Origin: Dicyema japonicum
Taxonomy: Eukaryota > Animalia > Dicyemida
Direction of reading: 5' to 3'
DNA length: 64,000 nucleotides
NCBI GenBank assembly: GCA_011109175.1
Contig: RDEW01000008.1
Span: forward strand, 470,369-534,368
Shown piece after piece: positions 13,201-25,160 of this stretch. Position 1 is the stretch's first letter; every line of letters begins with the position of its first letter. A program made the position numbers and the translations under genes. The notes beneath the pieces were generated by a model. The model was given only the letters and a program-made list of their open reading frames with translations, did no database searches and had not been told where the DNA came from.

Positions 13201-13400
13201 ATAGAGGCAGAGTCCTGAGATGCCATATGGACAGAAGGTTCAATTGGACAAGGCGCTCTCGGAGTTGTTTCAGCAACCAGAATCGAACCTGCCTGAGGAG
13301 GCTGGCGAACAGGCAGGCGAGGATGGTGACCTTGGTTCTATTTTTCGAAAGTGATCACGTGGACGATCTCTAAAAGATATCAATTTAGTTTGTAATTTAT
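10300..13400 (+). mobile_element. R4/Dong-clade non-LTR retrotransposon (RT, CCHC knuckle, restriction-like endonuclease), decayed
   Basis: RT motifs YRPITCMPTLYKL, WVDVKKAYDSVDH, (GI)LQGDSMSPLLF and KERLYLP. Zn knuckle CPHC...VDHLATRC. RLE motif HNKPDIVVHDK and a downstream IPIVMTWEG. Frameshifted, and visibly more GC-rich than its flanks. Confidence 0.85.
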
Positions 13401-13419
13401 TTACCTTCACTAATAGTCC

Positions 13420-14280
13420 TCAGGGAGCTGAGAAAGGAAATGTGTTCTAAATTCGAAGATATAATTGAATTGTTATACGCGGATGATGTAGACTTTGTAT
13501 GTACTAACCAGAAAAACCTACTTGACCAAATTTTAGTCCAAACCGAAATTATTTTAAATAAATGGGATCTGCGCATAAATATTACAAATTCGAACTACAC
13601 ACGAATCGAACGATCCAAATCAGAAATGACGAACCCTGGAGACATACAAAAAACTCGGCTCACTGCTAGGTGACGCCGAAGATATCGAATGAAAATGCTG
13701 GCCACATGTACTTCAAAAAATGCACAACATCTGGATAAGAAAGAGGAATGTATCACTAAAACTTCTTGTCAGACTATACGATACGTTTATCAAGCAAATG
13801 TTGATATACAATTCCGGAACATGGGGAACCTCAAAAAACGGTTTAGAGAGGCTAGATACTTTGCATAGAAGCCAACTGTGTATACTGACTGGAATCTTCT
13901 GGCCGAGAAAAATATCAAACGATAAAAGATATGCTCCATGTAAATCTACACCAATTAGGATGGACGTTATTCTATCGAGATGGCAACTATTTGGACATGT
14001 TCTTAGACTGGAGCCGACTACGCCGTGTAACAGAATAATGGAAGAATATTTCTACTGCACCGGAAGTCACGGATTTCCAGGCAGACCAATAAATACACTT
14101 CCAATTTGCTTAAAATATGATTACGAAACAATCGGTCGTAAATTGGTGACAGCAGACGACCTGGATGATGTTAGAATGAGGGCCTGAAGCAAGATGGCGA
14201 GAAAAATGGCTGTAAAGTATGGCTCAAGCGAACCCCTTTAGGACTACGCGAAAGTACTTTTAACTAACTAATTTCCAAGA
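13420..14280 (+). mobile_element. 5'-truncated RTE-like LINE (3' end)
   Basis: LLYADDVDFV, RLYDTFIKQMLIYNSGTW and WQLFGHVLRL, the same family as 32210-35010. Confidence 0.85.
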
Positions 14281-14349
14281 ATAAACTTAACTACTTCCAA
14301 CGTTCTGTAATAGGCAAAACAAAAATTGTTATTCGGAGAAAATTGTTAA

Positions 14350-15900
14350 TTAAAAGTTGAGGTCATAAATAAAGTTCCTTAACATTTCTAACCCAGCCTC
14401 GGGTTGATCAGCGGGAACCATATGTCCAGCATTCCTACTATTACTTGCATGACATTTCTGGCTGATCTAACGTATCCATTGACTCTTTTAGAGCCATCGG
14501 TTGAATACCAAATCTGCTGGCAGGCTGCAGCAAAGTCCTCTTTACCATTCCATTCCAGTTCCCTCAGGAATGCTGAGGTCATTGGAAATGGAACAATTAT
14601 ATCAAATTGTCCAGAGAAAAATAAAGTCTTAAATATAAAAATATCTAAACTTTATATCCATTATTGATGACTTTTTGAATAGTCGGAGCCATGGACTTTG
14701 TTCTATCGGGGTAAAGGGCATATCGAGCAGGATAAAACATGTGATGGAATGTTCGATTCCCAGCATTTAGTTTTCTGGAATTATCATTCGCAAATTCAGC
14801 ATAGATTTTATAAGGGAGATCCTAAAAAGTCTAAAATGTCAACCTCATCCGCAAAATAGTCGTAAATGTCCGTAAGTCCAGTCATATTGTAAATGAGATC
14901 TTCCGTCTCATCAAAAAACTGAAATCAGAATAAAACGTACAATACTAGCCTGCATATAATTTCCCTTCTCAATATTATCTTTAATCAAATTGTAAAGGTT
15001 ATCAAAGTATTTAATTTGATTATCAAAAATAAGTCCGATTCTGTTTAAAAAAGTTCCAAAGTTCATCATCTTTGTTTATATAGAAAATTACATTGTAGGG
15101 ATCACAAAGACCATCTCCAATGATCATTCCCGTAAGATTCATTGGAGTAGAGTTGTTTTGGTTGTACTCGTGAATTGCGTTTGTCATGGTGGGGACGTAT
15201 TTCCCAGCATATGACTCACCCGTGATGTAAAGTGGATTGTTTCTCAAATTTGGGAATAATTGGTAAAACTGTTGCATTAATCTATATTATTTTATCTCAT
15301 TTGATAAAATTACATTGATAAGTAAAGACCTACTTGGTCTTCGTCCGTCAAATAACATTCTTCGTTATCCGTGAAACTAAATCCTACTCCAACCTAATTC
15401 ATCAAGATATTCAGAAACTGGATTGTCAATGTAAATTACGGAATATTCATTCGTCCAAGACTGAGCTCTCTGTTTACTAAAATGCGAAAAATTCACTACT
15501 GTTATCGTTTGAATCAAAATAGTAAGGACCATGTTCGACGAATAGTCCATAGAGAGAAGAAGCACCAGGACCACCTTGCAACCCAAACTAGTAAGGGTGC
15601 TTCCGTATTTCCATTCTTAAAAATAATCTCATCAAATCTACTTGTGCGGGGAAATACCAAAAAAGAACATATTCCTGACACAATCGTCACTTACTCTGAA
15701 AAATCCAGAGTAACTTTCAATATTTCCAACAAATGGATCAACTCTGCTTAACTTCCTTGCAAGAGATCACTATCTCCCTATTCAAATAGTCTGTAATTAT
15801 GAGTGGTTTCATCTTTGTTCACTTGTGGTCCATTGGGTTTATTTAAATGATAGATATATCCAACACCAAATATCGTTATTATTACAATGAGTGGATTCAT
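14350..15900 (-). pseudogene. CPVL: Serine carboxypeptidase (S10, CPVL-like) copy 1, multiply frameshifted as assembled
   Basis: MNPLIVIITIFGVG.. start, QGGPGASSLYGLFVEHGP, catalytic Ser motif ITGESYAGKYVP, FDIIVP, and His motif (R)NAGHMVPADQP. At least five small indels relative to copy 3 (e.g. about 15810, 15740-15775, 15660, 15480, 14435). Diverged from copies 2 and 3. Confidence 0.85.
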
Positions 15901-16059
15901 TTCTAGTTTTTTGTTTTATGTTATTTATTAATATTAGGTTATCCAAATTAAACATTCATTTTCAAGTTAATTTATAATTATTTAAAAGTGATAAAAATTA
16001 ATGTATTTGTAGAGAGTGGAAAACATGTCTGTTGACTATAAACACGGTTAATAGTAATA

Positions 16060-17761
16060 TGTCACATGGGCGGCGCGTAACGCATGGGCAGCCTGTTACA
16101 TTTTTTCGACCTTGAAAAGGTCTTTTGATTATCCGACATATTATAATTATTACCACCAGGATCACTGGGTCAAAAAGAAAGAAATAAAAGTTCTCATCTA
16201 ACTAAGTGATCCCAGACCGACAAAGGTGAGGATGAGTCACTCATTGGATTATCCGACATTTAATTATATATCCGATTTATATCGTGATTTAATCTGTTAA
16301 ATTAGTTTTTTATTCATAAATGTTATGATTATAAAGATTTTATTTTTTATAGCGGTAAACCTAGATTTCTAGCGTGATTTATAGCATGGAAGATTATTTG
16401 TTGCAATGGCTTCTTACAAGGGTTTTGTGAAAGATTGCGTTGAATATCAAACTTTAAAAGATGCTTTGCATGATAAATTTCCCGAAAATCTTCCGAGCAC
16501 CGAAAATATAGGCTTGTAAAGAAGATAGAGAATTTTTCATTATCAATGACAGGTATTGTAATTTTCAATAATTTTAGACTATCTTAAATCAACTGATCCA
16601 AGTTAGTCATATCCCTGGATAATGAAACCGAAATGGAGCATGTTGCGAAATCGTTGCACAAGTTTTCACACGGAGGAGTCAATAAAATTGAGTATGAATG
16701 TCGACACAGATACTTCACTGTAAAGAATGAGATTATCAGAAAAGTCATTCGAAATTGTGAAGTCTGCAAATTTTCGCTGGTAAAGAAGTATGTGAAAACT
16801 TAAGATCTTTGTTCCGCCTGAATGGGCCATGTAAATTTCTTCAGTCGGACAATGGTTCTGAATTTAAAAATCAAGAAATAACAAAACTTTGCGGAGATTT
16901 TAACATTAAGCAAATTCACGGAAGGCCTAACAATCCACGAGCACAAGGAATTGTCGAAAGAATCAGACGATCACGAGGAAGTTGTCAAAAATGCTGGATA
17001 ACAGTGAAAAAAAGTGGCTTGATAAATTAGAAAGTGCTGTCTACAGTTACAACATATCGGTCCATTCATTTTCTAACGAAAGTCCTTTCGAAAGATATCG
17101 AGGAATTAAGGGAATAAATTCAATAATTAATGGTTATACTTATATCACATTATGACTTAGATAATTTAAGTGATGAGTGTGCGATTCCAGAACAAATTGA
17201 CGATTTGGTTAATTGTTCGACTCCAGAATCTATTGAAAATTCACGTAGTTTGATTTAAAAAATTTATATCTAGATAATTCCCAGTCAGATAATTTGTGTC
17301 CGAATGCGAAGAGATTCAACTTCGAAATTAAATCGATTGAAGAAAATTCGAATTATTACAAAGCTATGAACAGGAAAATGAATGTTCATAATAGTAAATA
17401 TACTTTTAACATGGGAGATAAAGTATGAATCAAAAACATTAATAAATAGGTTCGGGCTAAAAAGGACTTTGGAACAAATCCCTCATTGCGACTGGATAAG
17501 TTTGAGTCTCAGTATTATCCAGTTGCAGAAATAATTAATATTTTATCGAATAATCGCGTGGAGGTAGTTTTAAATAGTTTAATTTGATAGATAAAAAATT
17601 CGAAAGGAGAAATATCGACTGTATTAATGAGTAGACTAAAAAAAGTTACTTAAATTTAATTTTTTGTGGTTAATAAATTATTTATAAAATTAATTGAAGT
17701 TAATCTTGGTTCAAGGTTAATGTAACAGGCTGCCCATAGGTAACGCTTGGCCCATGTGACA
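16060..17761 (+). mobile_element. Ginger2/Tdd-like DNA transposon (rve-type DDE integrase) with TIRs and 5-bp TSD, decayed
   Basis: Imperfect ~45-bp TIRs: left TGTCACATGGGCGGCGCGTAACGCATGGGCAGCCTGTTACATT, right (rev-comp) TGTCACATGGGCCAAGCGTTACCTATGGGCAGCCTGTTACATT. TAATA flanks both ends (16055-16059, 17762-17766). Integrase core LQSDNGSEFKN...HGRPNNPRAQGIVER at 16809-17030. Confidence 0.85.
16140..16246 (-). mobile_element. 107-bp 5'-truncated LINE stub nested in the Ginger element
   Basis: 13-bp TSD GATTATCCGACAT (16127-16139 and 16247-16259). Carries the GGGATCAC(T/C)TA..TAG terminus shared with L2-type copies and ends in a TAA-rich tail. Confidence 0.75.
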
Positions 17762-18548
17762 TAATACACGAAACCTCAGAGTTGGTAAATTCTTAGTGTT
17801 AGAAGAAGGTTTCATTGACATCTCATGGAAATGAAATAAGTCAAAAGGGAAAAATAATTCTATTATGTAGAACTTTAAACATTTTAATAAATTTTATATA
17901 TTTATTAACCAAGGCTTACACTATTTGATAAGCCCAGCACAAACAGTCTTAACTAATTAACAAAGGAAAGAACCCAAAGGAGAACATATGCTTGTGGCCG
18001 ACCAAATGCAACCTCTTTTATAGGATTTCGCTTCAGAAGAGAAATGGAGAAGTAGGTTCGCCCTCCACAATTTTCATCGCACTTCCTACCTTCGCGGACA
18101 TCACTTCATTTTTCGGCACCAGAGGATTTAGTCAAGGAGAAGATTTTTTTCAAATACTTTGCAGCACCAGAAGAACTCGCCGCCTCACGGGTGGGATCTG
18201 TTTGACGAGGATTGACCTTGGCTGAAAACTCAATATTTCCTTCAGATCCGATCTCGTCAAACGTTGTTACGTCAAGCCAGGACCTAGTGGTATACTGGTG
18301 AATGGATCTACGTAAATTGTATTGTGTTATGAATTAAATTTTCATATATTTGAATATAAATCTAACTTAGTTAGTAATGCTAACAGAATATATTGATCCT
18401 AACCACCAGAGTGCTATATTGATCCTAACCACGTGAGAACAAAATTGTTTATACATTGGTACTATTAGAGTAGAGCTTACATATATTATTTCAACGAGGA
18501 GTTCAAGTTATTAGTAAATATTCAAACCGAACAAAACTAAATTTGTTA

Positions 18549-20076
18549 TTAGAAATCGAGATCATAAACGAAACTTCTGCATATCCAAGCACGCTTCAGG
18601 TTGATCCATTGGGACCATATGACCTGCGTTTCTTACGACAACCTGATAGACATTTCCTGCACTTCTAACATACCCATTGACTCTTCCGGATTTTGAATAC
18701 CAAATTTTCTGTTGAGCATTAACAAAGTCTTTTTTGTTATTCCAATCAAGTTTTCTTAAAAATGCGGATGTTAGAGGAAAGGGAACAATCACATCAAATT
18801 GTCCAGTGTAAAAAAGTGTCTGATTATTTGAATATAAGTACTTTATATCCCTCATTTATAATTTTCTGAATAACAGGGACAGATGTATTTGTAAAGTGAG
18901 CATATAGAGCGTTATAGACCGGTTCTGAAAGAATTCTGAAAGAGAGATTCCCTGCATGAAGTCGTTGTGAGTATTTATTCACAAAGTCATTATATGGCGT
19001 ATATGGTAAATCCTAAAAAAAATTAGTATCTACTGAGTCAGCATAGTAGTCATAGTAATCAGTAAGCCCTGTCAAGTTGTAAAAAAAGAAAATATCAAAT
19101 CGGCAGACTTAATATTAACGATAAATACATTAGTGGCAGAAATAAAATTTCCGATATCGATATATTTTCGGACCATGTCGCGATATTCATCAAACTTTGC
19201 AATTTGATTATCGAATATGAGTCCTATTCTGTTTAAAAATGTCCCATAATCATTCATCTAAAAATATTTTAAACTAAAACATTGTAAGGATCAGAATATC
19301 CATTCCCAATGGCCATTCCAATCAGGTTCATTGGAGTTGGATTGTTTTGGTTGGACTGATGTATTGCATTAACCATTGCTGGGACATATTTCCCAGCATA
19401 GGATTCACCAGTAATATAAAGTGGTTTCGGTATCAAATTTGGGAATAGCTGATAAAATTGCTGCATAAATCTAATCTATTAAATTTTGATAAAATACTTT
19501 GTCAAATAGTAACCAACATCATCCTCGTTTGTCAGATAACATTCTTCCTTAGAAAAACTAAATCCAGTTCCAACCTAAATAATAAAAAAGTCGAAATACT
19601 GGATTGTCAATATAAGTACAGAATATTCGTCAGTCCATGGCTGAGTCCTTGAAATTACTAAAATAATATTTAATTTTGACAATTGTTCTCAGAGTCAATG
19701 TTGTAAGGTCCATTTTCGACTAGTAGACCGAAAAGTGAGGAACCCCCGGGACCTACTTGCAACCAAACTAGTAAAGGTGCTGCCGTATTTCCATTCTTAA
19801 AAATGATCTCATCAAATCTACTTGTGCGGGGAAATACCAAAAGAACATATTCCTGACACAATCGTCACTTACTCTGATAAATCCAGAGTAACTTTCAATG
19901 TTTCCAACAAATGGGTTGACTCTGCTTAACTCTCTTGCCAGATCAGCATCTCCCTTATTCAAATAGTCTGTAATTATGAGTGGTTCATCTTCGTTCACTT
20001 TTGGTCTATTGGGTTTATTTAAATGATAGATATATCCAACACCAAATATCGTTATGATTACAATGAGTGGATTCAT
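18549..20076 (-). CDS. CPVL: Serine carboxypeptidase (S10, CPVL-like) copy 2, disrupted as assembled
   Basis: Same exon-intron structure as copy 3, with GESYAG, GQFDVIVP and NAGHMVP. WLQVGPG replaces WLQGGPG. There is a 1-nt deletion in a T-run (about 19081-19087) and a 2-nt deletion near the C-terminus (about 18580). Confidence 0.85.
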
Positions 20077-20229
20077 TTTTTGTTATTTCAGTTCAAAATA
20101 ATTTATTAATTTTTTGGCTGTGCAATTTAAATTTTTATTTTAAAATTAGAATATAAATTTGACAATTTTAATGAAAATAGCTTTCTTTTATTTTAGTGGA
20201 TAATATTTTTTTGCTGAGCTTGTGCCGTT

Positions 20230-20560
20230 GCTTTTAAATACTACATCTAGAAAGCACGTTATTCATGGACTAGAAACATGTATACTTCCCATAGTTGATG
20301 GCTTACAAGAAACCTGAGGAGGTTAAAGACTTTCATAATAATAATTTGTCAGCTGTCTAAGATGAATTTCCACACTCAACATTAATAATCATTGTGGGAG
20401 ACATAAACGCGAAAGCATGTTACCTCCTCAGAAACATTCATGCCAGGAACCCTATTGGCTAAATTCTTCATATAAACGACCTATTCCTCCGCAACACGGT
20501 TTCAAAGATCGGGAAATCGATTCACCCTGGAAAGAAACAGACATAGTAAAACTCTTTGCC
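20230..20560 (+). mobile_element. RTE-like APE endonuclease remnant (duplicated at about 24610-24950)
   Basis: Fragments such as IIIVGDINAK and P..NIHARNPIG. Confidence 0.55.
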
Positions 20561-20589
20561 AAACAACAAAAAATTTCATCATGATCTGC

Positions 20590-20980
20590 AGGTATTGAGC
20601 ACGCAATGGAGTTTCTAATGATCGCTTTCCCAATGTTCTGGATAGCCATTGTGTCATTCTAGGCTTGTATTTCCTTACTCCGCATGCAATCCGATTAGCC
20701 TGAAAACTCAGACGTGATAGGACGATAATAACAGACGTCTCAACGAAGATCGGCTGGAAATCGAACCAGTCACCAATACCGTGATAGTTCCTCTTTTTCG
20801 AGTCTTCAGCAGTGCTCACTGCGGAACCCGCTCACAATTATGACTTAAGCAAATTCCCATTATGGAAAAAGTCTTTGCATGTTGTATCCCAAGATAGACA
20901 CCTCCCTTGACTCCATGGCATGGTCGTTACGTCATCCGGCTTCCTGCCATCATTTTTGTCAAGACCGACAGGTTCCATAA
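20590..20980 (-). mobile_element. CRE-clade retrotransposon 3' fragment (RLE domain)
   Basis: EPVGLDKNDGRKPDDVTTMPWSQGRCLSWDTTCKD, AEDSKKRNYHGI..FQPIFVETS and terminal QNIGKAIIRNS. Confidence 0.8.
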
Positions 20981-21029
20981 AAAATTAAACCTGGCGTCTT
21001 TGATATATTAAAATACAGACGACATACAA

Positions 21030-22300
21030 AAATGATAAATTACAGAAAAATCAAATATTAAAGCAAAAAAATAAGAAAAGCCATATATCTGAGAACAAAG
21101 AACAAAATAATCGATTAGGTGATTGAAATCCTAAAGGGCAATGGAAAGTTTTGAGGCCGAAGACAAATTAGAGGTTAAGTACTGAAACTACCAGTAACTT
21201 TACTGGAAGACAAAAAGAGACAGATCGTGGATCAATTGAAAATGGAAGAACTTATCGGTGACCACTTCTAAAAGTTGTTCGAATCAAATGACCATAATAA
21301 CAGAGATTGCTCCTTGAGGACTGTTGGAAATAACCAAAAAGTACAGGTAGCAAGCTCAAAATTAAAAAATGACAAGAGCCCAGGCCCGGATGGCCTCAAT
21401 GACAAATTCTTAAAAAATGGAACTCAAATTGTGAAATCATCGCTCTCAGTTTGAACGGAATGTAGAATGTAATTGGCAGCACTCTACTTCTGGAGAGGAG
21501 ACTCTGATACCCGTTCAAAAAGTTCACAAACAAAGGGTTAAAATAAAAAACCTCAAACCAGTATTCTGATGAACATAATTAGAAAAGTATTGGCTAATAT
21601 AACCTTACAGAGAATGGAGAATCGGCTAACTCATCCTGTCAACTTACCATAACGGTTTCTGTAAGGGCGATCAACCTCGGATGTTGTGTGGACCCACAAG
21701 TGGAGGTGCACAAGTGTCATAAAATTCAAAATGACAACAACTATGTTTGGGATTGACATTTCGAATGCTTTTGACTCGGTCTATCAAAGAAATGTTACAT
21801 GTAGTCTATAGCTTCTTTGACAGTTTTCACAGTTAGGCTGCTTTAGGGACACTTCTAATGGATACGAATCTGAATGTGAGAACTAGAGGAACCTCCTTAA
21901 GACGATTCAAGACAGCAATGAGCACCCAAAGGATATCCATTATCCCCTATTTTTTTATCTACAATTAGGCATCCTTCTGGACTTGGAACCGGTCCTTGGA
22001 GGGGAAACGAGCACAATAGCATACGCAGACGATGTGGACTTTATTTCGAATGATAAGGAAACACTTACTACTTTATTGGAGGAAATATCGGGAATTTGGA
22101 TGAATGGTTCCTAACTGTAAATTAAGACAAAATTGAAGTCAAAAAACTCAGAATAGAGAAAGTGGGTAGGGAGGAGTATTGGTTCAAAACCAACAAAGCT
22201 GGCCTCCCTTCTCGGAGACAGTGAAAACATAATAAGAAGAAAAACAGTAGCAAATGTCCCACTGCAAAAAAATCAAGAAAAGTTTGATATTTCTTGTTGC
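21030..22300 (+). mobile_element. Decayed RTE-like LINE (RT region) between CPVL copies 2 and 3
   Basis: KLKNDKSPGPDGLN, GFCKGRSTSDVVWTHKWRC, GIDISNAFDSV and YADDVDFIS. Many frameshifts. Confidence 0.85.
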
Positions 22301-22936
22301 ACATGCTTATTCACGTCCTATGCCATAGGGTAAGTGCGTATAATAAAACATTTTATCTATGGCTCATTGAGTGTAAAGAGAATCACCTTAAATGACTTTA
22401 ATTAGTTGTTTGTCTTGTTTTTGTTTAAAAGTTTAATACATAAAATTAGAGATTATACTATAATCATGAGTGATGGTCACAAATAGAAAAAATAAGAATT
22501 GTGCTGAAATGATTCAGTCACACATTTGATTGAATGGTAAGAATATAGTAAATATCCTAATTATCATTTAATTTTAACAGATAAACTCAAAAAACAGATA
22601 AGATAGCATACTATTATAATTTATGGTCATCACGTGATATTTTTTTATTTTTTTGGATGTACAATTTAGATATAAGATCTGGTAAGTAATGTGAATTTAA
22701 ATATAACTTTTCTGTAAATAAAAAATCAAGGATGATTTCAATTTATGATAAAATATTTTTTTACATTTTAAACATAATTCCAACGAGTTTTAGACCGCCT
22801 TTATATCATGTAAAATTAGAGTACTCTTATAACTGACAGAAAATATAAGAAAATTGGTTAAAAAACTACAAAAATAAATTTTTAAATTAATTAATAAATT
22901 AGTTAAATGCTAAACGAAATGTAACTAAATTAGTTA

Positions 22937-24473
22937 TTAGAAATCGAGATCATAAACGAAACTTCTGAGCATATCCAAGCACGCTTCAGGTTGATCCATT
23001 GGGACCATATGACCTGCGTTTCTTACGAGAACCTGATAGACATTTCCAGCACTTCTAACATACCCATTGACTCTTCCGGATTTTGAATACCAAATTTTCT
23101 GTTGAGCATTAACAAAGTCTTGTTTGTTATTCCAATCAAGTTTCTCTTAAAAATGCGGATGTTAGAGGAAAGGGAACAATCACATCAAATTGTCCAGTGT
23201 AAAAGAGTGTCTGATTATTTAAATATAAGTACTTTATATCCCTCATTTATGATTTTCCGGATAACAGGGGCAGATGTATTTGTAATATCAGCATATAGAG
23301 CGTTATAGACCGGTTCTGAAAGAATTCTGAAAGAGAGATTCCCTGCGTGAAGTCGTCGTGAGTTTCTATTCACAAAGTCATTATATGGCGAATATGGTAA
23401 ATCCTAAACGTAAAATAAGTATTTACTGAGTCAGCATAGTAGTCATAGTAATCAGTAAGCCCTGTCAAGTTGTAAAAAAGAGAAAATATTTTATCGAAGG
23501 TCTCAAAATATAAAAGACAAATACATCAGTGGCATAGGTAAAATTTCCATTTTCGACATATTCACGAAGCATATCGCGATATTCATCAAACTTTGCAATT
23601 TGATTATCGAATATGAGTCCAATTCTGTTTAAAAATGTCCCATAATCATTCATCTAAAAATATTTTAAACTAAAACATTGTAAGGATCAGAATATCCATT
23701 CCCAATGGCCATTCCCATTAGGTTCATTGGAGTTGGATTGTTTTGGTTGGACTGATGGATTGCATTAACCATTGCAGGGACATATTTCCCAGCATAGGAT
23801 TCACCAGTAATATAAAGTGGGTTCGGTATCAAATTTGGGAATAGCTGATAAAATTGTTGCATAAATCTAATCTATTAAATTTCTGATAAAATACTTTGTC
23901 AAATAGTAACCAACATCATCCTCGTTTGTCAGATAACATTCTTCCTTAGAAAAACTAAATCCAGTTCCAACCTAAATAATAAAAAATAGAAATACTGGAT
24001 TGTCTATATAAAGTACAGAATATTCGTCAGTCCATGGCTGAGTCCTTGAAATTACTAAAATAATATTTAATTTTGACAATTATTCTCAGAGTCAATGTTG
24101 TAAGGTCCATTTTCGACTAGTAGACCGAAAAGTGAGGAACCTCCGGGACCACCTTGCAACCAAACTAGTAAAGGTGCTGCCGTATTTCCATTCTTAAAAA
24201 TGATTTCATCAAATCTACTTGTGCGGGGAAATACCAAAAGAACATATTCCTGACACAATCGTCACTTACTCTGATAAATCCAGAGTAACTTTCAATGTTT
24301 CCAACAAATGGGTTGACTCTGCTTAACTCTCTTGCCAGCTCAGCATCTCCCCTATTCAAATAGTCTGTAATTATGAGTGGTTCATCTTCATTCACTTTTG
24401 GTCTATTGGGTTTATTTAAATGATAGATATATCCAACACCAAATATCGTTATGATTACAATGAGTGGATTCAT
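22937..24473 (-). CDS. CPVL: Serine carboxypeptidase (S10, CPVL-like) copy 3, closest to intact
   Basis: WLQGGPGGSSLFGLLVENGP, YIDNPVGTGFSF, GESYAGKYVP, GQFDVIVP and NAGHMVPMDQPEACLDMLRSFVYDLDF*. The introns I traced are 22-28 nt. One +1 base at about 23145 (AGAGAAACTT vs AGAAAACTT) shifts the frame before the catalytic His. Confidence 0.88.
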
Positions 24474-24969
24474 TTTTTGTTATTTCAGTTCAAAATAATT
24501 TATTAATTTTTTGGCTTTGCAAATTAAATTTTTATTTTAAAATTAGATAATATATTTGACAATTTTAATGAAAATAGTTATCTCGTATTTTTAGTGGATA
24601 AAGTTTTTTTGTTGAGCTTGTGCAGTCGCTCTAAAACACTGTATCTGGAAAACATGGTATTAATGGACTAGAAACACGTATACTTCCACAGTGGATGGTT
24701 TAATAAGAAACCTGAGGAAATTAAAAACTTTTATAATAATAATCTGTCACCTGTCTACGATGAATTTCCACACTCAGCATTAATATTGATTGCGGGAGAT
24801 ATAAACGCGAAAGCGGCCACGCAGAAGAAGAAGAAACCTGCCAGGAACCATATTGGCTAACTTCTGTCATGTAAACGACCTATTCTTCTGCAACATTGCT
24901 ATTAAAGATCAGTAAATCGATTCATCATCGAAAGAAACTCCTTCCAGACAACAAAAAATTTCATCATGA

Positions 24970-25160
24970 ACTGCAGGCATTGAGCACGTAATGAGAGTTA
25001 CCTCTCATGATCGCAATCCCGATGTTCTGGAAAAGCCATTGTGTCATTCTAGGCTTCTTCTTCCTAGCTCCGCATGCAATCCGATTTCCTGATAAACTCA
25101 GACGTGATCGGAACAATAATAACAGAAGTCTCAACGAAGATAGGCTGGAAAGCGGATATT
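24970..25160 (-). mobile_element. CRE-clade 3' fragment (duplicate of 20590-20760)
   Basis: TQWLFQNIGIAIMRGNS. Confidence 0.7.

Larger units (their letters stand above)
18520..20760. repeat. Unit A of a recent ~2.2-kb segmental duplication (partner about 22910-25160)
   Basis: Near-identical CPVL exons, introns and upstream AT-rich spacer, plus shared RTE and CRE remnants, at an offset of about 4.4 kb. Confidence 0.9.
22910..25160. repeat. Unit B of the ~2.2-kb segmental duplication
   Basis: Aligns by eye with 18520-20760. Similarity ends inside the CRE fragment near 25160. Confidence 0.9.

Noticed and set aside
18390-18435. Direct repeat TATTGATCCTAACCAC in two copies downstream of CPVL copy 2.
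   Set aside because: A simple local tandem duplication of two units with no array or associated gene. Not CRISPR-like, and the context is eukaryotic.
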